From Candidatus Fermentibacterota bacterium (GTDB lineage Bacteria; Fermentibacterota; Fermentibacteria; Fermentibacterales; JCC-6), in NCBI GenBank assembly GCA_029571005.1, contig JAKPTG010000018.1:1-62168 (forward strand): a DNA stretch of 62,168 nt, in the 5' to 3' direction. The notes beneath the pieces are model-generated. The model was given only the letters and a program-made list of their open reading frames with translations, was not told where the DNA came from and did no database searches. A program made the position numbers and the translations under genes. This document shows positions 53,444-62,168 of this stretch, piece after piece (positions within the stretch are counted from its first letter, which is position 1; each line of letters starts with the position of its first letter).

Positions 53444-56437
53444 TTGAGGCTCGCCAGGTCGTCGGTTTCCCGCCCTGTGGCGGTGACGGTGCTTTCCATC
53501 GTGGCGGGAGTCCTTGGGACCATTGCCGTGGTCCGTATGCCGGTTGATCTGCTTCCATCGGTGGAGTATCCGAGGCTTACCGTGGAAACCTCATACCCTT
53601 CCTCCAGCCCGTACGAGGTCGAGCGACTGGTGACGGACCCCCTGGAGGAAGCCCTGGCCGGAGTCAGGGGGCTGTCCTCCTACACCTCCCGCTCCTACGG
53701 CGACATGAGCCGTATCACCCTGGAGTTCGACTGGGGCACCAATATGGACTACACCCGGCTGGAGGTCCGGGAGAAGCTGGACATAGCCGGCTGGTCGCTG
53801 CCGGAGAGCGCCGGCAGGCCCACTATGGTTGACTACGACCCTTCCACCAGGCCCTTCATGGAGATACTGATGACCATGGACGGTTCCTGGACCGACATCA
53901 CCGATTTCGCCCACCGGGTGGTGACCACCAGGCTCGAGCAGGCGGAGGGCGTCGCTTCGGTGGAGGTTTCCGGAGGGGCTGACCCGGCGGTCTTCGTCCG
54001 GCTGAGGCCCGGGGCGGTGGAGGAGCTGGGGCTTGCCCCCTCTGCGGTAGCCTCCGCCCTGGCCGGCGCAAACGCGGTGATGGCCGGGGGCGGCGAGGTG
54101 CTGGACGGCCCGAAGGTGTTCTTCCTCTCCCTCCAGGGCGAGTTCGAGACGCTGGAGGACGTGGAGAACACCGTGATCGGTTTTCTGGGCTCCTCCCCCC
54201 TGCTCCTTGGCGAGGTTGCCGAGGTGTACCTGGGGGAGAAGCCCCCCACCGTGTGGGCGAGCTACAACGGCGAGAGGGCCGTCATACTCCGGGTGAGGAA
54301 GATGGCCGAGGCCAACACCGTGGAAGTGGCCGGCGGAGTCGAGAAATTGATCGAGGAACTGACCCTGACCTATCCCCGCCTGGGCCTTACAGTCATCCAG
54401 AACGACGCCGGTTTCATCCGGGAATCCATAGGTGGGGTGGTGGAAGCCCTGGTCATGGGGGGGCTTCTGGCCTTCGGGGTTCTCTTCTTCTTTCTGAAGG
54501 ACTGGAGGAGCCCGTTGGTGATGGGCGTATCCATCCCCTTGAGCATCGCGGTGTCGTTGTTTTTCCTCTACATGGCCGGTGTAACGGTGAACATCATGAG
54601 CCTTGGAGGGCTTGCCCTGGGGGCCGGCCTGCTGGTGGACAACGCGGTGGTAGTGCTTGAAGCCATCTACCGGCGCCGGGAGCAGGGAGAGGCCCGGGTT
54701 TCCGCCGCGGTCACCGGAACCGGCGAGGTGGGGCAGGCCATACTGGCCAGCACCCTTACCACCGTCGTCGTCTTCTTCCCGGTGGTTTACATGGAGGGGG
54801 TCACCAGTCAGTTCTTCAGGGACCAGGCCCTGGCGGTCGGGTCGGCCCTGATGGCCAGCCTGCTGGTATCGATCACGGTGATTCCGGCGATGGCGGCGAG
54901 GTTGAAGCGGGTGACTGTCTCCGACGATGTCACGGCCCGGTGGAAGGACTTTTACTGCGGGTTTCTCGAGAAGGTGCTCGCCCGGAGGAAATCTCTTCTC
55001 GCGATAACCGGGGCGGCCACCGTCATGGCGGCGGCCGGGGCCGTTCTGTTGCCGAAGCAGTTGCTTCCGGAGGTTCCGGAGAATCAGCTTGAACTCTCCT
55101 TCAGTGCCGGGGAGGGCACTCCCATGGAGAAGCTGGTGGAACTGTCCGGAACCGCCACGGAGCTTGCCCTGCTGTCGGGCGCCCAGTGGGCCGGCGGACG
55201 GGCGGGAGTCCGGGCGGAAGAGGGGGTGGATGCCATTTTGACGGCCTTCTACGGAAGCGCCGAAGAAGCCCGTGAGGCGGTGCAGCCCCTGAGGGACTCC
55301 TGGAACGGGCTTTTCAACTTTCCCCTCCAGGTGGTGTTCAGGGAGGGACTTCTCGGGCAGATACTCGGGGGTGGGGCCGGTTTCACGGTGTTCATGGAGG
55401 GGGAGGACACCGATGCGTGCCTGAAGGCCGCCGAGGATCTGGCCGACGCCTCGGTCCGGAGCGTCGCCGGAATCACCGGGGCCGATGTCCAGTACCTTCC
55501 CGGCAATCCCGAGATAGTCCTCACCCCGGATCAGGAACTGCTGAGCCTTCTCAACGTATCCATAGGCGAGCTGGCGGATTTCATCGAATCCCTTGCCCGT
55601 GGCGCCAGGGCCACCACTTTCTACCGTCAGGACGAGAGGGTGGATGTGGTGGTGCTGGGTGACCGGGGCGAGGGAATCCCGCTGGACTCCCTGCTGCTCC
55701 GGGCCATGCCCACCGTGGGTGGACCGGTGCAGTTGTCCAGGATGGTTGACCCTCGCGTGAGGACCTCCCCCGGCTTCATCGAACACTACCAGGGCAACCG
55801 GGCGGTGGCGGTGTCGTTTTCCGGCGGAGGGGCGAATCTGGCGGGGACCTCCGAGGGCGTGAAGCGGCTTTCCGACAGTGTTCTCGCGGGGGCGCCGGTC
55901 CGGCTTCGCCTGGGGCCCGAGATAGAAGAGATGGACCGCACCGTTTCCAACCTGATCCTTGCAGCCCTGCTGGCGGCGGCCCTGGTGTATGTGCTGCTGG
56001 CGGTGCAGTTCGAGAACTTCCTGGAACCCTTCATCATAATGTTCACCGTTCCCCTGGGGGGCATCGGGGTGGTGCTGGCCCTGGCGGTCACCGGTCAGAG
56101 TTGGAACGCCCTTTCGGGAATCGGCCTGGTGGTGCTTTCGGGGATCGTGGTGAACAACGGTATTCTCCTGGTGGATCGGATCAGCCAGTTGAGGCGTGAG
56201 GGGGTTCCGACCCGGGAGGCCATCCTTGGCGCCGGGCGCGATCGGTTCAGGCCGGTTCTCATGACCACCGCCACCACGGTGTTCGGCCTTCTGCCCATGG
56301 CCCTCGGGCTCGGCACCGGCGGACCCCTGCAGAAACCCCTGGCGGTGGCGATTATCGGCGGCATCACCGTGGCCACCCTGCTGACCCTCCTGGTGGTTCC
56401 GGTGCTTTACAGCCTGCTCCGGGAAGGGCGCCGTTGA
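53444..56437 (+). CDS. RND efflux transporter permease (AcrB/HAE family), copy 1
   Basis: TTG 53444 behind GGGAGGG. Motifs: SVSRPVAVTVLSIV, 12-TM pattern, GLALGAGLLVDNAVVVLE, GLVVLSGIVVNNGILLVD. Confidence 0.88.
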   Translation: MRLARSSVSRPVAVTVLSIVAGVLGTIAVVRMPVDLLPSVEYPRLTVETSYPSSSPYEVERLVTDPLEEALAGVRGLSSYTSRSYGDMSRITLEFDWGTNMDYTRLEVREKLDIAGWSLPESAGRPTMVDYDPSTRPFMEILMTMDGSWTDITDFAHRVVTTRLEQAEGVASVEVSGGADPAVFVRLRPGAVEELGLAPSAVASALAGANAVMAGGGEVLDGPKVFFLSLQGEFETLEDVENTVIGFLGSSPLLLGEVAEVYLGEKPPTVWASYNGERAVILRVRKMAEANTVEVAGGVEKLIEELTLTYPRLGLTVIQNDAGFIRESIGGVVEALVMGGLLAFGVLFFFLKDWRSPLVMGVSIPLSIAVSLFFLYMAGVTVNIMSLGGLALGAGLLVDNAVVVLEAIYRRREQGEARVSAAVTGTGEVGQAILASTLTTVVVFFPVVYMEGVTSQFFRDQALAVGSALMASLLVSITVIPAMAARLKRVTVSDDVTARWKDFYCGFLEKVLARRKSLLAITGAATVMAAAGAVLLPKQLLPEVPENQLELSFSAGEGTPMEKLVELSGTATELALLSGAQWAGGRAGVRAEEGVDAILTAFYGSAEEAREAVQPLRDSWNGLFNFPLQVVFREGLLGQILGGGAGFTVFMEGEDTDACLKAAEDLADASVRSVAGITGADVQYLPGNPEIVLTPDQELLSLLNVSIGELADFIESLARGARATTFYRQDERVDVVVLGDRGEGIPLDSLLLRAMPTVGGPVQLSRMVDPRVRTSPGFIEHYQGNRAVAVSFSGGGANLAGTSEGVKRLSDSVLAGAPVRLRLGPEIEEMDRTVSNLILAALLAAALVYVLLAVQFENFLEPFIIMFTVPLGGIGVVLALAVTGQSWNALSGIGLVVLSGIVVNNGILLVDRISQLRREGVPTREAILGAGRDRFRPVLMTTATTVFGLLPMALGLGTGGPLQKPLAVAIIGGITVATLLTLLVVPVLYSLLREGRR

Positions 56438-59400
56438 TAGACCTGATCCTCCGCCGACCCCGGGGAACCGCCATGGTTTACATCGCCCTCCTGGGGCTGG
56501 CGGTCGTGTCGTTCTTCAGGATACCCATAGAAGGCACGCCGGATGCTACGCTGCCCAAGCTCACCGTGAGCACCGTCTGGGCCGGGGCCGACCCGGAGGC
56601 GGTGTGCGAACAGGTTACCAGACCCATCGAGGAGGCGGCCAGACAGGTCAGGGGGGTGGAGGAGGTGTCCTCCCTTTCCAGCCAGGGCTGGAGTGTGGTG
56701 TTCGTGTCCTTCTCCAAGGGAACGGACATGGACGTGGCCGCCATGGCCCTCACCGAGAGGGTCAGCATGATCCGTCGGAACCTGCCCTCGTCGGTCAGCC
56801 CAAGCCAGATAACCCAGTCGGTGCCGCGGGAGCTGGAGAGCGAGGGCTTCCTGGTTTACTGCCTCACCGGAGCTGATCGTCCCGTACTGAAGCAGATTTC
56901 CGATGAGATCATCCTGCCCGCCCTGGAGCGGGTGGATGGGGTCAGCTCCGTGCTCGTTGAGGGGCTGGGGTCCGAAGTGGTGGTGGTGGACATGGACCTT
57001 CAGGCCCTCGAGGCCTGTGATCTCACCCTGGCCCATGTGGTCGGTGCCATCCGGGCCGGGATAGTGGACCGGAACGTGGGTGTGGTCTCGGATTCCACCG
57101 GAAGCATGGCGACCCTCAGGGTGAGCAGTGTGCCGGAGGTGCCCGGGGAGATCCGGGACATAGTCCTGGCGTACAGGAACGGCAGGTTCATCACCATAGG
57201 CGACGTCACCCGGGGAGTGAGCGTCAGCTACAAGGATCAGGACGACTTCGTCGTGTTCAGGTACAACGGTTTGGATCAGGTGTCGCTCCAGGTGGACAGG
57301 AGCCCCGGAAGTAACGCCGTGGCCACGGCGCAGAGGGTTTTCGACGCGGTGGAGAGGATCAACGAGAGCCTTCCCGGCGACATAAGGCTGGAACTCACGG
57401 AAAACGGCACGGAAGGAATCGTCAAGGACCTGAAAGCCCTTTCCTGGCGGGCTCTTATATCCCTTGTTCTGATCATGCTGATTCTTTTCGTTCTAAATCC
57501 CAGCCCTATCAGCACTTCCCTGATCCTGAGTTCGATTCTGTTCAGCGCCGCGCTTTCGGTGACCGCGGTCTTCCTGGCCGGCTACACCGTGAATGTGCTC
57601 ACGCTGAGCGCCCTGGCCATAGCCTTCGGCCTTCTGGTTGACGGAGCCGTGGTGGTGCTGGAGGCCATCGCGTACCGGAGAAGGCAGGGAATGCAGCTCC
57701 AGGAGGCGGCGGGAGCGGGTGCCCGGGATGTGGCGGTGCCGGTATTGGGCGGTATTCTCACCACCCTGGTGGCCCTGGTTCCCCTGTTGGCCAGCGATGG
57801 GGTTCTGAGGCTCTACTACAAGCCCTTCGCTTATACCGTGGCGGCGACCCTGATGGCCTCCTACGTCGTGTGTCTCACCCTGGTGCCCTCCATCGCCGGG
57901 CACCACCGGGGGAAAATCCAGTGGTACCGGCAGAGGCCCTGGGACAGAACCCTGGCCCGGTGGGTCTCCCGGCTGCACCACAGGCCCTGGATCATTCTTT
58001 CCGTAACAATCGTGATGGTGCTGGGGGCCGTCTATGTGCTGGCGACAAAGGTGGAGCACGGCAGAAACTGGAGGTTCGGGGACTGGAAGCGCACCAGCAT
58101 CTACGTTTCCATGGGGTTCCCCCCGGGGACCCCCCGGAGCGTCGTTGATGGAGCCGCCCGGAAGTTCGAAGTCCTGATGACCGGCAGGGAGGGGATAACT
58201 TCCACAAGGACCTACATCGGGGGCGAAACGGCGATGATTTACTGCGAGTTCGACAAGGAGGCGCTTGAGAGCGGGTTCGCCCTGCAGGTGGAGGCGGAGG
58301 TCATGGCCCTGGCTACCACGGTAGGGGGCGTGAGCCGGATCTGGGTCGGAGGTATCAGCCCCGAAGGGTACATGAGGTCCTCCGGCGGTGCGGGGATGAT
58401 GCAGACTATCGAACTGAGGGGCTACGACTACCAGGGGCTGAAGAGTATCGCGGAAAACCTGGCCGTGATGCTCTCGTCCCATCCAAGGATTCAGGATGTG
58501 AACATCAACTTCTCCCGGCATGAAATGAACAGGGAGCAACTGGCGGTGGTCTTCGACCGGCAGGAGCTGGCGGACCTGGGGCTCAACCCGGTGCAGCTTC
58601 TTCAGGCCTTCGCCTATAACTTCGCCGGCGGCTACGGCGGACAGATCCGGGTGGCGGACAAGGCCATGGACCTGTCCTTCATACTGGAGGGCCGGGACGA
58701 CCCCAGACTCGCCGATGTTCTCGACAGCCGCATCACCACCGGGGAAGGAACGATAAGGCTCGGAGACGTGGTGGAGGTAGACACCGTCTCCACCCAGGGC
58801 TCCATTGACCGTGAGAACGGCGAGTACGTCCGGACCCTGGCTTACTCTTTCATGGGGGCGGAGCGGATGGCCGCCCGGTTCCGGACCACCCTGCTTTCCA
58901 GCCTGGAGCTTCCGCCGGGCTACCGGGTGTACGAGGACACGGAGTGGCTTCCCGAATGGCTCCGCAAGGAAGAGGGCATTGACATGAACCTGCTGGTGGT
59001 GCTGGCTATCCTGGCGGTTTTCGCCGTCACCGCCATAATTTTCGAGAGCTTCGGGGCTTCGCTCTGGGTCATGGCGGTGGTGCCCATGGCCATGGTGGGG
59101 GTAGTGGCGGGATTCTGGATATTCGGACGGGTCTTCAGTCCCGAGGCTTACGTAGGGAGCGTATTCTTGGTGGGGATTGCGGTGAACAACTCGATCCTCC
59201 TTGTGGACAGCTACGTTAAGAAGAAGAAGGCGGGCATGCCTCTGAAGGCCGCGGTGGACCTGGTCGTTCAGGAGAGGCTGAACCCTGTGTTTCAGACCAC
59301 CGCCACCACTATCCTGGGGCTTCTTCCCCTGGTTCTGTGGCCGATTTCGGGGCAGGACCTCTGGGGAACCCTGTCCTTTACCGTGGTGTGCGGCATGGTG

Positions 59401-59481
59401 GTGAGCACTCCGCTGGTTATGGTGGCGCTGCCGGCCCTCATTCAGGTCACTTCCCGAAGGAGAAAAGATGAAGAGGTTTAA
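56434..59481 (+). CDS. RND efflux transporter permease (AcrB/HAE family), copy 2
   Basis: TTG 56434 overlaps the upstream stop (TTGA). Motifs: ALAIAFGLLVDGAVVVLE, VFLVGIAVNNSILLVD. Same architecture as copy 1. Confidence 0.88.
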   Translation: MIDLILRRPRGTAMVYIALLGLAVVSFFRIPIEGTPDATLPKLTVSTVWAGADPEAVCEQVTRPIEEAARQVRGVEEVSSLSSQGWSVVFVSFSKGTDMDVAAMALTERVSMIRRNLPSSVSPSQITQSVPRELESEGFLVYCLTGADRPVLKQISDEIILPALERVDGVSSVLVEGLGSEVVVVDMDLQALEACDLTLAHVVGAIRAGIVDRNVGVVSDSTGSMATLRVSSVPEVPGEIRDIVLAYRNGRFITIGDVTRGVSVSYKDQDDFVVFRYNGLDQVSLQVDRSPGSNAVATAQRVFDAVERINESLPGDIRLELTENGTEGIVKDLKALSWRALISLVLIMLILFVLNPSPISTSLILSSILFSAALSVTAVFLAGYTVNVLTLSALAIAFGLLVDGAVVVLEAIAYRRRQGMQLQEAAGAGARDVAVPVLGGILTTLVALVPLLASDGVLRLYYKPFAYTVAATLMASYVVCLTLVPSIAGHHRGKIQWYRQRPWDRTLARWVSRLHHRPWIILSVTIVMVLGAVYVLATKVEHGRNWRFGDWKRTSIYVSMGFPPGTPRSVVDGAARKFEVLMTGREGITSTRTYIGGETAMIYCEFDKEALESGFALQVEAEVMALATTVGGVSRIWVGGISPEGYMRSSGGAGMMQTIELRGYDYQGLKSIAENLAVMLSSHPRIQDVNINFSRHEMNREQLAVVFDRQELADLGLNPVQLLQAFAYNFAGGYGGQIRVADKAMDLSFILEGRDDPRLADVLDSRITTGEGTIRLGDVVEVDTVSTQGSIDRENGEYVRTLAYSFMGAERMAARFRTTLLSSLELPPGYRVYEDTEWLPEWLRKEEGIDMNLLVVLAILAVFAVTAIIFESFGASLWVMAVVPMAMVGVVAGFWIFGRVFSPEAYVGSVFLVGIAVNNSILLVDSYVKKKKAGMPLKAAVDLVVQERLNPVFQTTATTILGLLPLVLWPISGQDLWGTLSFTVVCGMVVSTPLVMVALPALIQVTSRRRKDEEV

Positions 59482-60523
59482 CCGCCTGTCGGCGTCCGCG
59501 GCCGCCGCCGGCCTGTTCCTGGGGCTTTCGTTTGCCGGCTGCGGCGCCGGCGGGGAGGAGGCGGTGAGGGAGGCCATGGAACCGTCGCCGCTTCCGGTGA
59601 CCGCTTCCGAGGCGTGGGTGGACACCCTCTTCGAGGTGATCAACGCCACCGGTCGGGTCGAGAGCAGAAGGACCCAGGTCCTCACCGCCCAGATTCAGGG
59701 GCAGGTCGTTCAGGCGCCCCTCCGGGACGGGCAGGCGTTTTCGGCGGGTGACGTGGTGTTCAGGGTGGCTTCCGGAGAGCATTCGGCGAACCTGGCCTCC
59801 GCTTCCAGCGCGTACCGTAGCGCCCAGGCTCTGTACGACTTTGAGTGCGAGAATTACCAGGGTGAATTGACCGAGGACGTGCGCCGGATGCTCCGGCAGA
59901 CCACCGGCCTCGAGCAGGCGCAGGCATCCCTGTCCAGGGCCGGGGCCCAGTACGCCAACAGCGCCGTCAGGGCCGGTTTCGACGGGGTCGTGGCATCGGT
60001 ATCGGTCCGGGAGGGCATGACGGTGTACCCGGGCGTTCCCATGGGGGAGCTGGTGGATCCCGGTGCGCTCCAGGTGAGGGTGGAACTGGACGAGCGGCAG
60101 CTCGCCAGGTGCTTCCAGGGGGGGCTCGCCTTCGTTACTGTGCCGTCCCTGAACGACACCACCGTGACGGGAACGGTGTTCTCGGTATCGCCGGTGGTAA
60201 ACCCCTCGTACCGGGCGGGCACCGTGATGGTGGAGATACCGGAGGTGACCAACCTCAGGCCGGGCGCCACGGCCAGAACGGAAATCGTGGTCTCGGTGAA
60301 CTCCGATGTCCTGGTGATCCCGGAGGAGGCGATATTGGTCAGGGACAACAGGACCATGGTTTTCGTGGTGGAGGAGGGTAAGGCCTTGTGGAAGTATGTC
60401 ACCGTGGGCGCCCGGGGCCGGGGGCTGGCCTCGATAACCGAGGGGATTTCCGAGGGGGACCTGGTGATAACCGGAGGGCACTATTCTCTCGCCCACGAGG
60501 CACCCGTGGCGGTAATGAACTGA
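59468..60523 (+). CDS. RND efflux periplasmic adaptor (membrane-fusion protein, HlyD family), lipoprotein
   Basis: AAGGAGAAAAG RBS. Lipobox LSFAGC. Coiled-coil hairpin region and beta-barrel/MP domains (VVFRVASGE..., LVITGGHYSLAHEAPV). 14-nt overlap with RND copy 2. Confidence 0.8.
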   Translation: MKRFNRLSASAAAAGLFLGLSFAGCGAGGEEAVREAMEPSPLPVTASEAWVDTLFEVINATGRVESRRTQVLTAQIQGQVVQAPLRDGQAFSAGDVVFRVASGEHSANLASASSAYRSAQALYDFECENYQGELTEDVRRMLRQTTGLEQAQASLSRAGAQYANSAVRAGFDGVVASVSVREGMTVYPGVPMGELVDPGALQVRVELDERQLARCFQGGLAFVTVPSLNDTTVTGTVFSVSPVVNPSYRAGTVMVEIPEVTNLRPGATARTEIVVSVNSDVLVIPEEAILVRDNRTMVFVVEEGKALWKYVTVGARGRGLASITEGISEGDLVITGGHYSLAHEAPVAVMN

Positions 60524-60785
60524 AGAGCCGATCCGCACCCGCCCTTCAATAACGCAAGCGGTCCCGGCCTGCTCCGCCCGCCAATGAGGTGTCGAAGGGT
60601 TATGCACCCGGGCTTGAGATCGGCCGGGCAATCCGTCCGGGTTCAGCCCCTTGCCCCGCTGCTCACTGCCCGAGGCGTGCTTCTTCCTCCCGCCCTCTTC
60701 TTCTACGGCCATCCCTGGGAGCCCCCCGCCACCACTCATCCGACTGTTGCACTAAAACCGGCGATGACAGGAGGTCTTTCGCTTG

Positions 60786-62168
60786 ATGACGATGTTGAAT
60801 ATTTCTAATACAAACAATTCTAAGAGAGTTTTGTTAAGAGCGCTCTCTTACCTAAGGCCATACCTTCGTTTCGAGATACTGGCACTGATACTCGCTTTGA
60901 TCGGCATCGCACTGGAAGCGATCAACCCCTGGATAAGCAAGATCCTGATCGACGATGTCTGTATCGCCAGGAACATCGAAAAACTCGGACTTGTTGCTCT
61001 GCTCCTCTTCTTGACGCTTCCGTTCGAGCTTCTCGTGTTCTTTTCGAAGGAATACCTGTTCGCCTGGATCGGGGAGCATGTCGATGTCGATCTGAAATCG
61101 GACCTGTTCTCGCACATTCAAAGCAAGCCCATTTCCTATTTCGACGAACAGGACCCAGGCAGCCTGATGTCTTACTTCACGAGTGACATAGCTGCGATGC
61201 GCGAACTCTACAGATCGTCGCTCGTCTCATTCTGCTGCAGTATCCTCAGCGTACTAATCTTCATAGTGATCATGTTCCGGACGGATCCCACGCTGACGCT
61301 CATCTCCTTCCCCATCTATCCCGTCTATGTCATTGCTTCCAGGAAACTGGGGAAGAAACTCCAGGGAGTTTCAGAGCACGTTCAGGAATACAACAGCTTG
61401 GTTTCCACGGAACTCAACGAGCAGTTCAGCGGAATACGCGATATCAAGGCCTTCGCCCGGGAGTCCCTCTCCCTGGAAAGGATCAAGGGGAGATTCGATC
61501 AACTCCTGAAAGAGCGCCTCGTTCTTACGAGAATCGATCTCAGGGCTCGTTCGGCGAACTTCGTCATATATCTGGGCTACTCGGCCGTTGTACTCATCGG
61601 CGCATACAGGGCCTATTCCGGATTGATCTCGGCTGGATCCCTGATGGCCTACCTGGCGTACTTTGGAATGGTCTTTTATCCCGCGTACAATCTCGTCGAT
61701 CTCTACGCCAGCATTCGAAAAGTACTTGGTGCCGCCGGGAGGGTGTTCCGGGTCATGGCGGAACCGGGTACGCTCCCTGACATCGATGAGGGGATCTCGA
61801 GCGATACACTCAGAGGCGACATCGATTTCGAAGGGGTAACCTTCAAGTACCCATCCAAGGACGAGCCTGCACTCATCGGAATCGATCTGCACATCAAGGC
61901 CGGGGAAAGAATAGCTCTGGTCGGCCCGAGCGGAGCCGGGAAGACAACCCTCGTCTCGCTGCTTTCGAGATTCTACGAACCATCCGAGGGCAGGATTCTT
62001 TTGGATGGCATCGATTTGAACAGGTACAGCATCAACTGCGTCCGAGGAAATGTCGGGTTGATGATGCAGTCATTCATGCTGTTCAACACAACCATCCGTG
62101 ACAACCTCCTCTTCGCACGGCCGGACGCTTCTGAAGAGCTTATTCATGACGCGGCCAGAGCGGCCAGG
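60786..62168 (+). CDS. ABC exporter, fused permease-ATPase (type I, MsbA/LmrA-like); 3' end beyond the window
   Basis: Not in the ORF track because there is no stop. Hand translation from ATG 60786 stays open for 461 codons: MTMLNISNTNNSKRVLLRALSYLRPYL... It has a 6-TM domain, then Walker A GPSGAGKTT, and MMQSFMLFNTTIRDN. An alternative TTG start is at 60783. GC is much lower than in the rest of the window. Confidence 0.8.
   Translation, partial: MTMLNISNTNNSKRVLLRALSYLRPYLRFEILALILALIGIALEAINPWISKILIDDVCIARNIEKLGLVALLLFLTLPFELLVFFSKEYLFAWIGEHVDVDLKSDLFSHIQSKPISYFDEQDPGSLMSYFTSDIAAMRELYRSSLVSFCCSILSVLIFIVIMFRTDPTLTLISFPIYPVYVIASRKLGKKLQGVSEHVQEYNSLVSTELNEQFSGIRDIKAFARESLSLERIKGRFDQLLKERLVLTRIDLRARSANFVIYLGYSAVVLIGAYRAYSGLISAGSLMAYLAYFGMVFYPAYNLVDLYASIRKVLGAAGRVFRVMAEPGTLPDIDEGISSDTLRGDIDFEGVTFKYPSKDEPALIGIDLHIKAGERIALVGPSGAGKTTLVSLLSRFYEPSEGRILLDGIDLNRYSINCVRGNVGLMMQSFMLFNTTIRDNLLFARPDASEELIHDAARAAR

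Noticed and set aside
60584-60808. Two overlapping + strand ORFs (60584..60808, 60589..60786) in the spacer before the ABC exporter
   Set aside because: Both have Pro/Arg/Leu-rich translations with no motifs. They overlap each other in different frames and run into the exporter start. Most likely this is non-coding junction DNA.
1-62168. CRISPR arrays, tandem or interspersed long repeats, IS elements, integrases, prophage genes, rRNA
   Set aside because: By eye I found no repeat-spacer periodicity, no transposase or integrase-like translation in any frame of the track, and no rRNA-like conserved blocks. A computational repeat scan would still be needed to exclude short or degenerate repeats.

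Overview
Gene-dense, high-GC bacterial chromosomal segment. Hand counts of sample 60-nt lines give about 63-65% GC. I support about 47 protein-coding genes, most joined by 4-nt start/stop overlaps (ATGA/GTGA/TTGA). I saw no rRNA, tRNA, CRISPR array, transposase or integrase. Many long track ORFs are antisense or N-terminally over-extended artefacts of the high GC and were trimmed or rejected.

Content by function:
- Central metabolism: pckA, ppdK, gpsA, aroB, thiL, mtnP, an acyl-CoA synthetase, and a tungsten-type aldehyde:ferredoxin oxidoreductase with a polyferredoxin.
- Envelope and secretion: LolC/E-like permease, tatC, prepilin peptidase, porin-like barrels, lipoproteins, mscS, and two RND pumps with an adaptor.
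- Other: a c-di-GMP signalling pair, and a sugar-nucleotide / GT2 / GT-C / SGNH glycosylation module.

Most system-like or unusual observations:
1. Two roughly 1230-aa gingipain/PorU-like C25 peptidase paralogues bracket a canonical sirtuin and are followed by a TPR protein. All four are translationally chained (8.0-17.3 kb).
2. A perfect GAAC-N4-GTTC LexA-type operator sits inside a TTGACA promoter in front of an unannotated 87-aa ORF that overlaps dinB (39.4-40.9 kb).
3. A REC-like/GAF/PAS ORF and a GAF/GGDEF ORF look like one gene split by a frameshift inside the PAS domain, next to a C5 run (about 21.3 kb).
4. Composition drops abruptly to about 50% GC at about 60.75 kb, where a truncated ABC exporter begins. 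This is either a foreign island or an assembly junction.
5. AT-rich promoter-like words recur: GGGTATATTC three times and CTATTATATAT twice.
6. The translation-initiation region of a lipoprotein gene is duplicated, creating an 8-codon mimic uORF.

The FlgD-Ig/T9SS-like C-terminal domains suggest an FCB-superphylum-like uncultivated lineage. That is inference only.
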